Assembly (NCBI GenBank): GCA_963848135.1
Contig: CAWKCK010000004.1
Coordinates: 248,001-305,706, forward strand
Length of the DNA: 57,706 nt
Direction of reading: 5' to 3'
From: an uncultured delta proteobacterium
GTDB taxonomy: Bacteria > Desulfobacterota > Desulfobacteria > Desulfobacterales > SG8-13
Shown: one piece after another, positions 1 through 9,522 of the stretch
Position numbering within the stretch: position 1 is the first letter of the stretch
How the letters are laid out: each line of letters starts with the position of its first letter
Position numbers and translations under genes: made by a program
The notes under the pieces: generated by a model
Database searches by the model: none
What the model was told of the DNA's origin: nothing
The model's input: only the letters and a program-made list of their open reading frames with translations

Positions 1-323
1 TTTGTTACCATTGTCGAGATATGTGGAGAAAGCAGATTCCATGCCATAATTGCTGTTTGATGAAAGGCGCTATTTTTTACAAGTATCTCAGGTGGATCTT
101 ACTAGTGACGTGGTCGCTTACATTGGTAGGGATGTCGTAAATTGTGTAATTAATTTCCTAATTTGATGACGTTTTCCTCTCAACCTGGGTATAAAAAAGC
201 GTAAGGAAATCCCAAGTTGTTGATAGTTATCAATTCTTGCGGCGCCTTACGGTTGGCCGATTCCTTACGCTCATTTTCCTGGTAGCACTGTCGAGCATTG
301 GCGTCAATAGCAACCTGGGTTAT

Positions 324-486
324 CAGGCTTGTGAAAAACAATGCGCTTAATTAGACGGCGTTAATGGCTGAACCGGGGGTCTTACCCCCGCTTCGGCGAA
401 AATGCTCATTTATCAATCATAAACGCCGCTTTTCAGTCGGATTTTTCCTTGTCTTGCCGGCACTTATGCCGTTATTCAATACCCTT
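324..486. mobile_element. MITE-like intergenic repeat, family D
   Basis: Inverted diverged copy at 3338-3501 and a terminal fragment at ~9423-9455. Ends resemble CAGGSTGTTGAAAA and its reverse complement. No ORF. Confidence 0.65.
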
Positions 487-654
487 GCTGCTAAATCACG
501 GACAATGGCTCTTGCTCGAAAAATTTAAAAATCTTATAATTATAATCGAATCTGGATACAGGGCTGAATCGATAACACTGACGCTGAACCGAAACTGCAT
601 TGCCGGGCACCGATGGGGGTAACGGTATTGAAATCGGTCGGCTGATTCCGCGAT

Positions 655-1314
655 GTGGGGTTGCGCATGTTGAATGCCAGATCGAGACTCATCATTGTGC
701 GTGTGGGAAATACGATTACCTTCAGCAGTTTGAAAACGATCGGTGATGGAATCCTGGAAACATTTCACGGCATGATCGAGGCGGTAGAGTTGGCGCACCA
801 CAATGCCCCGACGATGGACAGCATCGATGCCGAACTCCTGACCATGATCCTGCATGACGAGTACGGCGGGCACACGCTCGGTATCACCGATGCGGATTTA
901 AGAACCGAGGACGACGACGAGTTTTACAATTCGATTTTTGGCGGTAAAAACACCAAGAATGATGTGGCTGTTGTATCCACCAATAAATTGAGCCCGAAAA
1001 ACATCAACACTAGAGGCGAATACGAGCTGTTCATCCAGCGGACACTGAAGGTATCCCTGCATGAAGTCGGTCACAATTTCGGATTGGCCGACCATCCTTC
1101 CTTCCGCACCGCATCCAACGGGGCGCTTTGTCCCATGAGTCGCGGCGAGCAAAACAAGTTCGGTACTATCGGATATGTTCTGGCTGTGATAGATGGTCGC
1201 GGGAAGAATTTCTGTGACGAGTGCTGCCACTTTTTAAGCCAAATCTATGGTTTCCGGGATACTGGCAGTCGACCGGTAAACGCTGGACCGGACCATCCTT
1301 CATCGAAATCATAA
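655..1314 (+). CDS. Archaemetzincin-like (M54) zinc metalloprotease
   Basis: Metzincin motif HEVGHNFGLADH (HExxHxxGxxH), CPMS Met-turn and C-terminal FCDEC. Start may be ATG 667. Confidence 0.75.
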   Translation: MGLRMLNARSRLIIVRVGNTITFSSLKTIGDGILETFHGMIEAVELAHHNAPTMDSIDAELLTMILHDEYGGHTLGITDADLRTEDDDEFYNSIFGGKNTKNDVAVVSTNKLSPKNINTRGEYELFIQRTLKVSLHEVGHNFGLADHPSFRTASNGALCPMSRGEQNKFGTIGYVLAVIDGRGKNFCDECCHFLSQIYGFRDTGSRPVNAGPDHPSSKS

Positions 1315-1462
1315 GGTTCAAAATCCGGGGCAATGGTTCGTGGAAACCGTGTCCGAACGGGGCCGGGAAGGGTTATCGTTGCAATTCCGGCAAGATCAGC
1401 GTTAAACGATAGGTGAAGATTTTAACAAGATCGTTTATATAAACTGATGTGCTCGCACTGCC

Positions 1463-1774
1463 TCACAGGAGGTCTTTGCGCATAATTCTGCTTTTAGGGT
1501 CTCTGTATAACTCCACTCCGAAACCTACTTTGTTTTTCCATACGATTTGACCCTTGCGCTTTTCTTTTCCATTGTTTGAGTAGGGAAGCGCCACCGTAAT
1601 GATATCACCGACGGCCAAGCGGGCAGCTGATTTGATGTAAATGCCATGCTGACTGAAATCCCTGAGTTCTCCCTGGTAGAATTGCTTGGGGGTGGCAAAA
1701 AACACGTAACGAACATAGGCATGCCGTTCATTTTGGCGTCTGTCGATATTGGTATTGTTCTGGGCTGCATGCAT
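1463..1774 (-). CDS. PilZ domain protein
   Basis: RRQNER (RxxxR) and DFSQHG (D/NxSxxG) motifs, plus VW...GFGVEL tail. Confidence 0.85.
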   Translation of the reverse strand: MHAAQNNTNIDRRQNERHAYVRYVFFATPKQFYQGELRDFSQHGIYIKSAARLAVGDIITVALPYSNNGKEKRKGQIVWKNKVGFGVELYRDPKSRIMRKDLL

Positions 1775-1860
1775 GGCGTGATTTTCCTTATTTGCGAGTC
1801 AGTTCCACATGATTTTATGCGATGGGCCGTTTGCCAATGCTGGGCGATGCCTAAATGAAA

Positions 1861-1877
1861 AGCAATAATTATGCCTG
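1861..1877 (-). promoter_or_regulatory. Putative sigma54 -24/-12 promoter for the PilZ gene
   Basis: Minus strand reads CAGGCATAATTATTGCT (GG-N10-GC), ~90 nt upstream of the start. Confidence 0.55.
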
Positions 1878-2009
1878 ATATAATAATTATAAAAACACTA
1901 AAATAACAGCTATATGCAAGGCCATCGCGGATGGGATACCAAATGTTTGTGAACTGTTTTTCACAGAATCTGGTAATCAATTCGCTTGTCGTAATATGGT
2001 GCGACCTAA

Positions 2010-2316
2010 CCCAAATATTTCATGAAATCTATTCGCCGCTATGAGTAAACTAATTTAATTTTAGATACATGACACGAAATGGACGTATTTTGGCCAGAGT
2101 ACAATTTGCAGCTTATGAATTTTAGAGAAAAGCCGAAAAGTTTTCACCCCTTGGGCGCTCCCTGAGGCATCCATTGGCTGCGTTATCCTGCATAGCTGGA
2201 TTTCTCGCCTATTTATATGTAATTCGGTGAGTCGTCAGGGGCTTGCAGTAGGTATACTACGGCGGCACCCTTGAGTGCCTTGCCATTGAATCCCTCAGGG
2301 ACGTGAAATGTCCGGG
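2010..2316. mobile_element. MITE family A, 307 bp
   Basis: Near-identical inverted copy of the same length at 36867-37173. 13-bp imperfect TIRs (CCCAAATATTTCA / TGAAATGTCCGGG), with CTAA on both flanks as target duplication. Confidence 0.85.
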
Positions 2317-2405
2317 CTAACAAACGAACCCGTGCGACCCGATAGATAAAAGGGTCAGTTTGACAATAGGGAGATCGAGGGGGTGAGGGGGGAAAACTGT
2401 GTTTA

Positions 2406-2630
2406 ACCCCAGTTGAGCGTTTCATATTTTTGAAATATGAAAATCAACATTAAAAATAAGGAATTCTGCCCATCGGAATTTCGCAAATATAAAACCGGGA
2501 TTTCCAATTTTTATCCGCCTCAGGCGGGTCATCGCATCTACGACGTCAAATGACGTCCCGCATAGTTCACTATAGCGGAACGCCATTTTCCTTGTACCTG
2601 CAGCAAACTTGAAAATCGCTCAATTTGGGT
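2406..2630. mobile_element. MITE family B
   Basis: TIR-like ends ACCCCAGTTGAGCG / CGCTCAATTTGGGT. Further copies at 4867-5076, 13862-13925 (partial), 26874-26999, 32143-32382 and 32668-32906. Confidence 0.8.
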
Positions 2631-2647
2631 TTTAGTCAAAGCGTTGG

Positions 2648-2905
2648 CTAAATATACCCATGCCTGGACCCGGCACATCTGACAATCGAATCCAACGTAT
2701 CGTTTCGATAGCATGACATTACCGGCGTGTCTTCCACATTGGGCGTTCTTTTCAAGCGTTGAAGGCTTTCGATGGTGGCCTCGATGACCTCTTCCTCAAG
2801 GTTGAAACGGCTGGCGAATTCTTGTACCGAGTGTTTACCCCACTCGGTCATGATAATTTCAACCTGTTCTACGGTCGGCAGTTTCTTTCCATTAATAGTG
2901 TTCAT
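2648..2905 (-). CDS. Hypothetical protein, possible helix-turn-helix
   Basis: 85-aa ORF with protein-like composition; SVQEFASRFNLEEEVI looks HTH-like. Confidence 0.55.
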   Translation of the reverse strand: MNTINGKKLPTVEQVEIIMTEWGKHSVQEFASRFNLEEEVIEATIESLQRLKRTPNVEDTPVMSCYRNDTLDSIVRCAGSRHGYI

Positions 2906-2986
2906 AGAGTATAAGTCATTTCAAAATTAGGCTTTTTGTTCGAGATTGGGGGAGTTTGGGCACAGTTGAAGGAGCCACTATACTCA

Positions 2987-3136
2987 TTAACCAGGCTTTG
3001 GTGAGGTTATACCTAACTTTTTCTTAATCTCAAACCACAAGTGTGAGATTGATTCGTAATTTAATAATTTTTCAGCGATGGCAGCGATGATTATTAATCC
3101 AAAGCCTATAAATAACAAAGATATCGGAGTAGACAT
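2987..3136 (-). CDS. 49-aa membrane micro-protein with PEP-CTERM-like N-terminus
   Basis: Manual translation MSTPISLLFIGFGLIIIAAIAEKLLNYESISHLWFEIKKKLGITSPKPG. Paralogous to 3703-3876. Below the ORF-track size cutoff. Confidence 0.55.
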   Translation of the reverse strand: MSTPISLLFIGFGLIIIAAIAEKLLNYESISHLWFEIKKKLGITSPKPG

Positions 3137-3337
3137 TTTAAACCCATTAATTTCAGACGGATAGAGAATCTCAATTTGTAAGATAATCGTGTCGAATTAG
3201 GAGATGTCTATAATTGTATTGCGTATATATAAGTAATTGCAATAGAAAAATACAATGCAATAACAGTTTGTTATACATGTCTACATCTTGTGTTGCAGTA
3301 AAAAGTTAGTCGTTTATATAGTGGTTCTGAACTTTAA

Positions 3338-3501
3338 CAGGGTGTTGCAAAACGTCATGAGCGCCGGCAAGAAAAGGCAAGATCCGACGAATAAGCGGAG
3401 TTTATGTGAGATAAATGAGCATTTTCTCTGAAGCGGGGGTAGGGCCCCCCGGTTCAGCCATTTACGCCGTATTGTCAAGAGCAATCGTTTTTACCAGCCT
3501 G
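3338..3501. mobile_element. MITE-like repeat family D
   Basis: Inverted copy of 324-486; ends CAGGGTGTTGCAAAA / TTTTACCAGCCTG. Confidence 0.65.
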
Positions 3502-3554
3502 TTAATACAGATTGTAACAGATGGAACTTAAGAATAAAAATGGGCAACTGAAAC

Positions 3555-3752
3555 ATGGAAACTCAAAAAACAAAAAAGGCGACCCGTTGGCCTGACGGAT
3601 CGCCCGATATATGGGAAGCGCGGCGCAAAGCGCTTATAAACTATCATAAGCCTCCCATGAAATATGTCAATTTAGATATTGAAGGTTTAAGAAGATCAAA
3701 CACTAATGTGGGGAACCTCCTAATTCTGGATGTATTACCAGATCGTCTTTAA
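3555..3752 (+). CDS. Hypothetical protein
   Basis: 65-aa ATG ORF with no recognisable motif; overlaps the convergent micro-ORF at its 3' end. Confidence 0.35.
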   Translation: METQKTKKATRWPDGSPDIWEARRKALINYHKPPMKYVNLDIEGLRRSNTNVGNLLILDVLPDRL

Positions 3753-3876
3753 TTCCCTTGCGGGTCTCTTCAGCATAACCAGGAGGAGTATCGGGAGTTT
3801 TAATTATTTTTTTTGCAATGGTAGCAATGAACAATAATCCTATCCCCAGCAACAGCAGCATTAAAGGTTCCGACAT
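3703..3876 (-). CDS. 57-aa membrane micro-protein with PEP-CTERM-like N-terminus
   Basis: Manual translation MSEPLMLLLLGIGLLFIATIAKKIIKTPDTPPGYAEETRKGIKDDLVIHPELGGSPH. Paralogous to 2987-3136. Confidence 0.55.
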   Translation of the reverse strand: MSEPLMLLLLGIGLLFIATIAKKIIKTPDTPPGYAEETRKGIKDDLVIHPELGGSPH

Positions 3877-4078
3877 TTAAAAGAATCCTCTTAATATTTT
3901 ATATTTAGGTACGATAAAGAGGGCGCAGTATAACATACAATGTATTACTATGTAAACAAATTCGTTATTCGAAGCAACAGGAACAATCGCAGCAATAAAC
4001 GGGCGCTGATTCTTATCTTGACAAACAACATATTAATGCATCTAAAGTATGCATACAAGAACGAGAAAGGATCAGAAC

Positions 4079-4228
4079 ATGGCGACAGAACGAATCACTG
4101 TAACAGTTAACAAGGATGTGGCTGAAGAGTGCCGAAGATTGGCTGAGGAGGAAGAGCGCTCCTTGAGCAATTGGATATCAAGGGTGTTATCGGAAAAGGT
4201 CAAGGACTCCAAGAAAGGGAAACGGTAA
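4079..4228 (+). CDS. Ribbon-helix-helix (CopG/Arc-like) DNA-binding protein, 49 aa
   Basis: Manual translation MATERITVTVNKDVAEECRRLAEEEERSLSNWISRVLSEKVKDSKKGKR: alternating beta-strand plus RSLSNWI helix-B pattern. AAGGA RBS and TTGACA (4018) upstream. Confidence 0.75.
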   Translation: MATERITVTVNKDVAEECRRLAEEEERSLSNWISRVLSEKVKDSKKGKR

Positions 4229-4371
4229 CATGGCACTTTATCATTTTTGCGGCGGCGTTGGGGATGATCGTGGTAATTTCACCTTGAAGCTTGAAGGCGA
4301 TGTCACCCTAACGATGAAGCTTGAGAATAAAAATGGGCATCCGGTTTCGATCTGTGCAGCTTGCCAGCGAC

Positions 4372-4765
4372 GGAGTTCATGACTTTGTGTTTACCTATAA
4401 AGGCAAGCCGATAAAAGGGCAGGGCGGTGTCAAACGGTCTTTCAAATAAGCCTGTAAGGAAGCAGGGCTTGTGTATGGAGATTCCGAGAAAGGTATCATC
4501 CTTAAGGACTTTCGGCGAAGCGCCAAAACCAACATGGTTGCAGCTGGCTTAAAGAAGGAATACCGCGACAAGATATTAGGTCACTCATTGAAGGGCATGG
4601 ATCGGCATTATATCGTTCCGAGCGAAAAACAACTTACCGATGCAATGAGTCAATACACCGAATGGTTGAACTCTCAGGTCAACACTGTTTTGGAAAATGT
4701 TGACCATCTTGTTGACCAAGCGACCCAAAAAGGGTTGGCGGGGTTAGCTAAGTCCTTGATATTGT
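4372..4765 (+). pseudogene. Tyrosine integrase C-terminal remnant
   Basis: HDFVFTYKGKP...KRSFK*ACKEAG...KDFRR...ILGHS..MDRHY carries the catalytic R, H and Y boxes. In-frame TAA at 4447-4449, N-terminus absent, runs into the tRNA 3' end. Confidence 0.8.
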
Positions 4766-4841
4766 TGGTGCCCCCGGTAGGAATTGAACCTACGGCACCA
4801 GGATTAGGAATCCTGTGCTCTATCCACTGAGCTACGGGGGC
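4766..4841 (-). tRNA. tRNA-Arg (anticodon CCT)
   Basis: GCCCCCG acceptor stem, anticodon arm CAGGA-TTCCTAA-TCCTG, GGTTCAATTCC T-arm, encoded CCA; 76 nt. Confidence 0.95.
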
Positions 4842-4866
4842 AGGGCGTGTAATGCAAGATACAGTA

Positions 4867-5076
4867 ACCTAAGTTGAGCGTTTCATATTTTCGAAATATG
4901 AAAATCAACACTAAAAATAAGGAATTCTGCCCATTAGAATTTCGAAAATATAAAACCCATCGGGCCTTCCAATTCCACCGCATCTACGGCGTCAAATGCC
5001 GTCCCGCATAGTTCACTATAGCGGTAACGACATTTTCCTTGTTCCTGCGGCAAACTTGAAAATCGCTCAATTTGGG
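4867..5076. mobile_element. MITE family B
   Basis: Direct diverged copy of 2406-2630. Confidence 0.8.
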
Positions 5077-5309
5077 AGTAAATATCTCAACAGAGCACGA
5101 CTGGCATTGTTCTCGTGCCAGGCAGCAGAAATGATCTGTCGATTTACACCAATACCGGTCTCTTTGCAAGTGGGATTCATGCCTCTTATTTTGGCTGTTG
5201 ACACCGCTCCAGCAATCTGAAATTAATTTGTCTGCTGCATAAAGCTGGATACCTGTCACCTTATTGAACGCCAAATGTATCTATAGAAACCAACCATTCT
5301 GGGTGGACA

Positions 5310-6065
5310 ATGAAGATCAATAGAATACTTGTTTTCCTTTCTGCTGCACTTATCCTTACGAGTTCGGTCGCTTTGTGGGCCGATGAGCTCACCAAAAGAG
5401 TCGATTTTGTGTCTAAACGACTGGGATGCGAATTTCCGTACATGGTGGCAGAAGATTCGGAAACAGGGAGGTTCTATGCTGAAACCAGGCTAAGGAATCC
5501 CCAAAGACTCAAGCTCCAGGGATTCCCGGATGCTCAGAGTGGTAATTTCGTGTCAATTCGGGAGTCTCTTCCCGGAGAATATGGTGTTAAAGTTGTTGCA
5601 AAGCATCGTATGCTCGACGGGGCACAGGAAAAGCTCTTCGTTATGGAATACAATTCGGCCATTCAGAGCCCTGCTGATATTATTGCCTCCGGTATTATCA
5701 TTAAGGGTGTCATCACGAATTTTACGGATATAAAAGACAAATTTTCTGCATCGACCTATTTACAATTGGTGGAAATATCTTCCGGCTCCCAAGGCAAAGA
5801 AATTATCGTTGACGGATTTTTAAACTTGGAATCAAATCTGCCCAAAATGTCTGTTTCTCCGAACGGATCGTTTGAAATGAGAACCACCAACATTAAACCC
5901 GGCAGCTATTGGCTTTATTTGCAGAATTTCAAACCTGCCACCCCAGCGAATCCCCCCTTCGAAGCCATTTTGGCCAAAGGCGAAAACTTTTTTCAAATAT
6001 TCATCACTGACGACGTCAACTCACTGATATTCGATTGTGGTAACTTGGCAGTAAAACCAATCTGA
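5310..6065 (+). CDS. Hypothetical exported protein
   Basis: 251-aa ORF with Sec signal peptide (MKINR-hydrophobic-ALWA). Confidence 0.7.
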   Translation: MKINRILVFLSAALILTSSVALWADELTKRVDFVSKRLGCEFPYMVAEDSETGRFYAETRLRNPQRLKLQGFPDAQSGNFVSIRESLPGEYGVKVVAKHRMLDGAQEKLFVMEYNSAIQSPADIIASGIIIKGVITNFTDIKDKFSASTYLQLVEISSGSQGKEIIVDGFLNLESNLPKMSVSPNGSFEMRTTNIKPGSYWLYLQNFKPATPANPPFEAILAKGENFFQIFITDDVNSLIFDCGNLAVKPI

Positions 6066-6197
6066 CCGGCCGTAAAAAAGACGATCTGTCCCCCAAATCC
6101 AATCCACGCTTTTGATGAAGATTTTTCAGCGTCAAGTCAATTCGACAATCAGCAGTGGGGGACTTTGACCGCCTGTAGTAGAAAAAGCGCAGGCATA

Positions 6198-6371
6198 TTA
6201 TGCCGTCAATTCCTCTAATCGCTTTTTGGCTGTTTCGATTACTTCGGGATCTTGGTCGTTTTCGATAACTCGCTGAATAACACCCTTGTCACTCTCATTC
6301 ATCAGAGCTTTTTTGCGTACTTCCGGATTCGAATGGGCAAGTTTTGGTAGGAATAAATCTCTGAATGCCAT
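6198..6371 (-). CDS. Small HEAT-repeat-like protein, 57 aa
   Basis: AGGAGG RBS before ATG 6371. Two helical repeats, HSNPEVRKKAL and DQDPEVIETAKKRL. Confidence 0.7.
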   Translation of the reverse strand: MAFRDLFLPKLAHSNPEVRKKALMNESDKGVIQRVIENDQDPEVIETAKKRLEELTA

Positions 6372-7053
6372 TTTGTTCCTCCTTTCTCTGTTTGACCCGT
6401 AAGTTTCATGAAATATTTTCAGCAAGTTGGTGAAACATCCGGGTAAGGGTTTCAGAAATACGGATAGCCCAAAAGGCCAAGATCGGAGAGATCAACGCCT
6501 GGCTGCGCCCTGTCAAAGGCAGCGTGCTCTCTCCCCGATTCATCGAAATTCTGGGAATGGATTTTCGATAGAGAATTTTGGGAGGGCACGTAAGTGCAGT
6601 TGCAGCGTTGGAACCGGAGGGGTCGTTCAGGATTGACAACCAGTTAATCTGGTGCGTGCTCAGTCGAGTCGTTCAGTGGGGTTCCGCTGCGGCATCGACA
6701 TCTTAGGGCGCTTGTATTTTTGTTACCACAAACCGATACGCTAATTCCTCCTTTCGAAATGATTATAACTTGTTACCATGATTGCGGTCGTATTTCAAGT
6801 CCGCCGATCGAAATCTGTTCGCCAAAATCGTTCGATGTTGCATGCGGACAATTGAAAAAATGGAGATATTCATTTGAATATTAGGTATTTATTTGAACAC
6901 TGCTTACTTGTGTGATATAAAAACCGATAGCATTCGAAAAGTTTGGCCTTGTCGGCGAGATAGAGGTCGGCAGCGTGTCTATCGACCGCTGACTGCCTTT
7001 CATTTTTTATTGGACCCCAATACTTATTAAACTACAACGGAGGAGAGCCCCAT

Positions 7054-8001
7054 ATGCACTTACGGAAGCGTGTGCTGGTTACCGGTGGCGCAGGATTTCT
7101 CGGTTCATTTCTGTGTGAACGATTGCTCGGGGAAAATTGTGACGTCATATGTGTCGACAATTTTTACACCGGCACCAAACGCAACATCGTCCACCTCCTC
7201 GACAATCCTTATTTTGAGCTTCAGCGTCACGACATTACTTTTCCGCTATATCTCGAAGTGGACGAAATATACAATTTGGCCTGCCCGGCATCGCCGATCC
7301 ACTACCAGAATGACCCGGTGCAGACGACGAAAGTCAATGTCCACGGAGCGATCAACATGCTCGGTCTCGCCAAACGGGTGAAAGCCAAAATCCTTCAGGC
7401 GTCGACCTCCGAGGTTTACGGCGATCCAACGGTTCATCCCCAGCGTGAAGACTACCGGGGTAATGTCAACTGCATCGGTCCCAGATCCTGCTATGATGAG
7501 GGCAAGCGCTGTGCAGAAACCCTCTTTTTCGACTACCACCGCCAGCATGACATCAAGATCAAGGTGGCCCGGATATTTAACACTTACGGGCCACGCATGC
7601 ACCCCAACGACGGTCGTGTCGTCAGTAATTTTATCGTCCAGGCGCTCTCCAAGCGGGATATTACCGTCTATGGTGATGGTCGACAGACCCGGTCATTCTG
7701 CTACGTGGACGATCTGATCGATGGACTCGTCCGGTTGATGAACAGTCCGGATGATTTCACTGGACCGGTAAACATCGGCAACCCAGGAGAGTTCACTATT
7801 CTCGAATTGGCTGAAAAAATCATCGAAATGACCGGGTCATCATCCAAAATCGTCTTTAAACCATTGCCGCAGGATGACCCCCTGCAACGCAAACCGGATA
7901 TTCGGCTTGCCAAAGAAGAACTGGGGTGGATGCCTTCGGCGGGGCTTGATTCAGGCTTGCCCCGCACGATTGACTATTTTAAGAAAATCATTCAAAGCTG
8001 A
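7054..8001 (+). CDS. UDP-glucuronate decarboxylase (UXS-like extended SDR)
   Basis: GGAGFLG, LACPASP, STSEVYG, YDEGK and [10 protein letters not shown] motifs. Confidence 0.93.
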   Translation: MHLRKRVLVTGGAGFLGSFLCERLLGENCDVICVDNFYTGTKRNIVHLLDNPYFELQRHDITFPLYLEVDEIYNLACPASPIHYQNDPVQTTKVNVHGAINMLGLAKRVKAKILQASTSEVYGDPTVHPQREDYRGNVNCIGPRSCYDEGKRCAETLFFDYHRQHDIKIKVARIFNTYGPRMHPNDGRVVSNFIVQALSKRDITVYGDGRQTRSFCYVDDLIDGLVRLMNSPDDFTGPVNIGNPGEFTILELAEKIIEMTGSSSKIVFKPLPQDDPLQRKPDIRLAKEELGWMPSAGLDSGLPRTIDYFKKIIQS

Positions 8002-8045
8002 ACCGAACGAAACGAACTGAATCAAGTATCCAATAGACAATTCGT

Positions 8046-9200
8046 ATGCCGGAACACCACACCAATCAAAACATAATAGAGAATCTGCCCCTTCAAAGCC
8101 GAATATACATCGCCGGTCATCGCGGTATGGTCGGATCGGCCATATATCGTCATCTGGCAACCGCCGGATATGCCAACCTTGTTGTTCGAACCCGCAAAGA
8201 ACTCGATCTTTTGAATCAGAAGGCGGTCCAGGTTTTTTTTGCCGAAACCCCTATCGATGTCGTTATCCTGGCCGCGGCAAAGGTCGGGGGGATATACGCC
8301 AACAACATCTATCCGGCCGAATTTATTTATCAAAACCTTATGATCGAGGCCAACGTCATTCATGCGGCTTTCCAGGCCGGTGTCCGGCGGCTCCTGTTTT
8401 TGGGCAGTTCCTGCATTTATCCGAAACATGCGCGGCAGCCGATCACGGAAGAAGAACTCCTCACCGGCCGGCTCGAGCCCACCAACGAGCCCTATGCCAT
8501 AGCGAAAATCACCGGTGTCAAACTTTGTGAGAGCTACAACCGGCAATACGGAACGAATTACCGGGCTATTATGCCCACCAACCTTTACGGTCCGAACGAT
8601 AATTTCGATCTCCAGAGCTCCCATGTCTTGCCGGCCCTTATCCGCAAATTTCATCTTGCGAAACTGGCTTCCAAAGGTGATCGAGAGGGTATTGCCCAGG
8701 ATGAGGCCCTATTCGGCACCCTGCCTGACGACATTCGTACCGGCTTGAAGGGTCCTGGCGGACCGCTTATTCGACTCTGGGGCAGCGGAACCCCCCGGCG
8801 TGAATTCCTGCATGTCGAAGACCTTGCGGCGGCCTGTATTCTTGTCCTGGGGATCACGCAAGACCGTTACCGAAAGGTATCCGAAAGCATTAACCCGGAG
8901 GAAGGGAATTCAAAAGGAATTGGTAAAAAGCAGGAGATGATTGCCGCAAGTGTTTCCCACCTCAATGTCGGCGTCGGTTCCGACGTGACCATTCGTGAGT
9001 TGGCCGAAATAGTGAAAAATGTTGTCGGCTATACCGGTGAGATACAGTGGGACCGGTCGAAACCCGATGGAACACCACGCAAGCTGCTGGATGTGTCGCG
9101 GATCAAGAGCATTGGTTGGGGCCCGGGAATTTCACTCGAAGAAGGAATTCATCGGACCTACCGGTGGTATCTCGAAAAGAACGTATCAGCGGATGAGTGA
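8046..9200 (+). CDS. fcl: GDP-L-fucose synthase
   Basis: [41 protein letters not shown] and KPDGTPRK motifs. Confidence 0.93.
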   Translation: MPEHHTNQNIIENLPLQSRIYIAGHRGMVGSAIYRHLATAGYANLVVRTRKELDLLNQKAVQVFFAETPIDVVILAAAKVGGIYANNIYPAEFIYQNLMIEANVIHAAFQAGVRRLLFLGSSCIYPKHARQPITEEELLTGRLEPTNEPYAIAKITGVKLCESYNRQYGTNYRAIMPTNLYGPNDNFDLQSSHVLPALIRKFHLAKLASKGDREGIAQDEALFGTLPDDIRTGLKGPGGPLIRLWGSGTPRREFLHVEDLAAACILVLGITQDRYRKVSESINPEEGNSKGIGKKQEMIAASVSHLNVGVGSDVTIRELAEIVKNVVGYTGEIQWDRSKPDGTPRKLLDVSRIKSIGWGPGISLEEGIHRTYRWYLEKNVSADE

Positions 9201-9522
9201 TTTTCTAAACCTGCCATCTTTTGTGGTTGACCCGGAGAGGTTCTACCGATCCGGGGTCATGCGGCGAGCCCAATTAAAGTTGAAATTCGAATCTCGAAAT
9301 CCGAAACAAATACGAATCCCGAAAGTTCAAATGCCCAAAATATGAAAAACAAATATACTTCAGAATTTTTGGTATGACCGCTGGGAGGTTTGACGTGCAC
9401 CCCATCCATCTATATATTCAACAGGGTGTTGAAAAACGTTTCGTGCGCCGGCAAGTGGTAATTCTTCACGCAAAGTGCCATGGAATATGAAAACTATAAA
9501 GTCGAAATAAATTATACACGTA

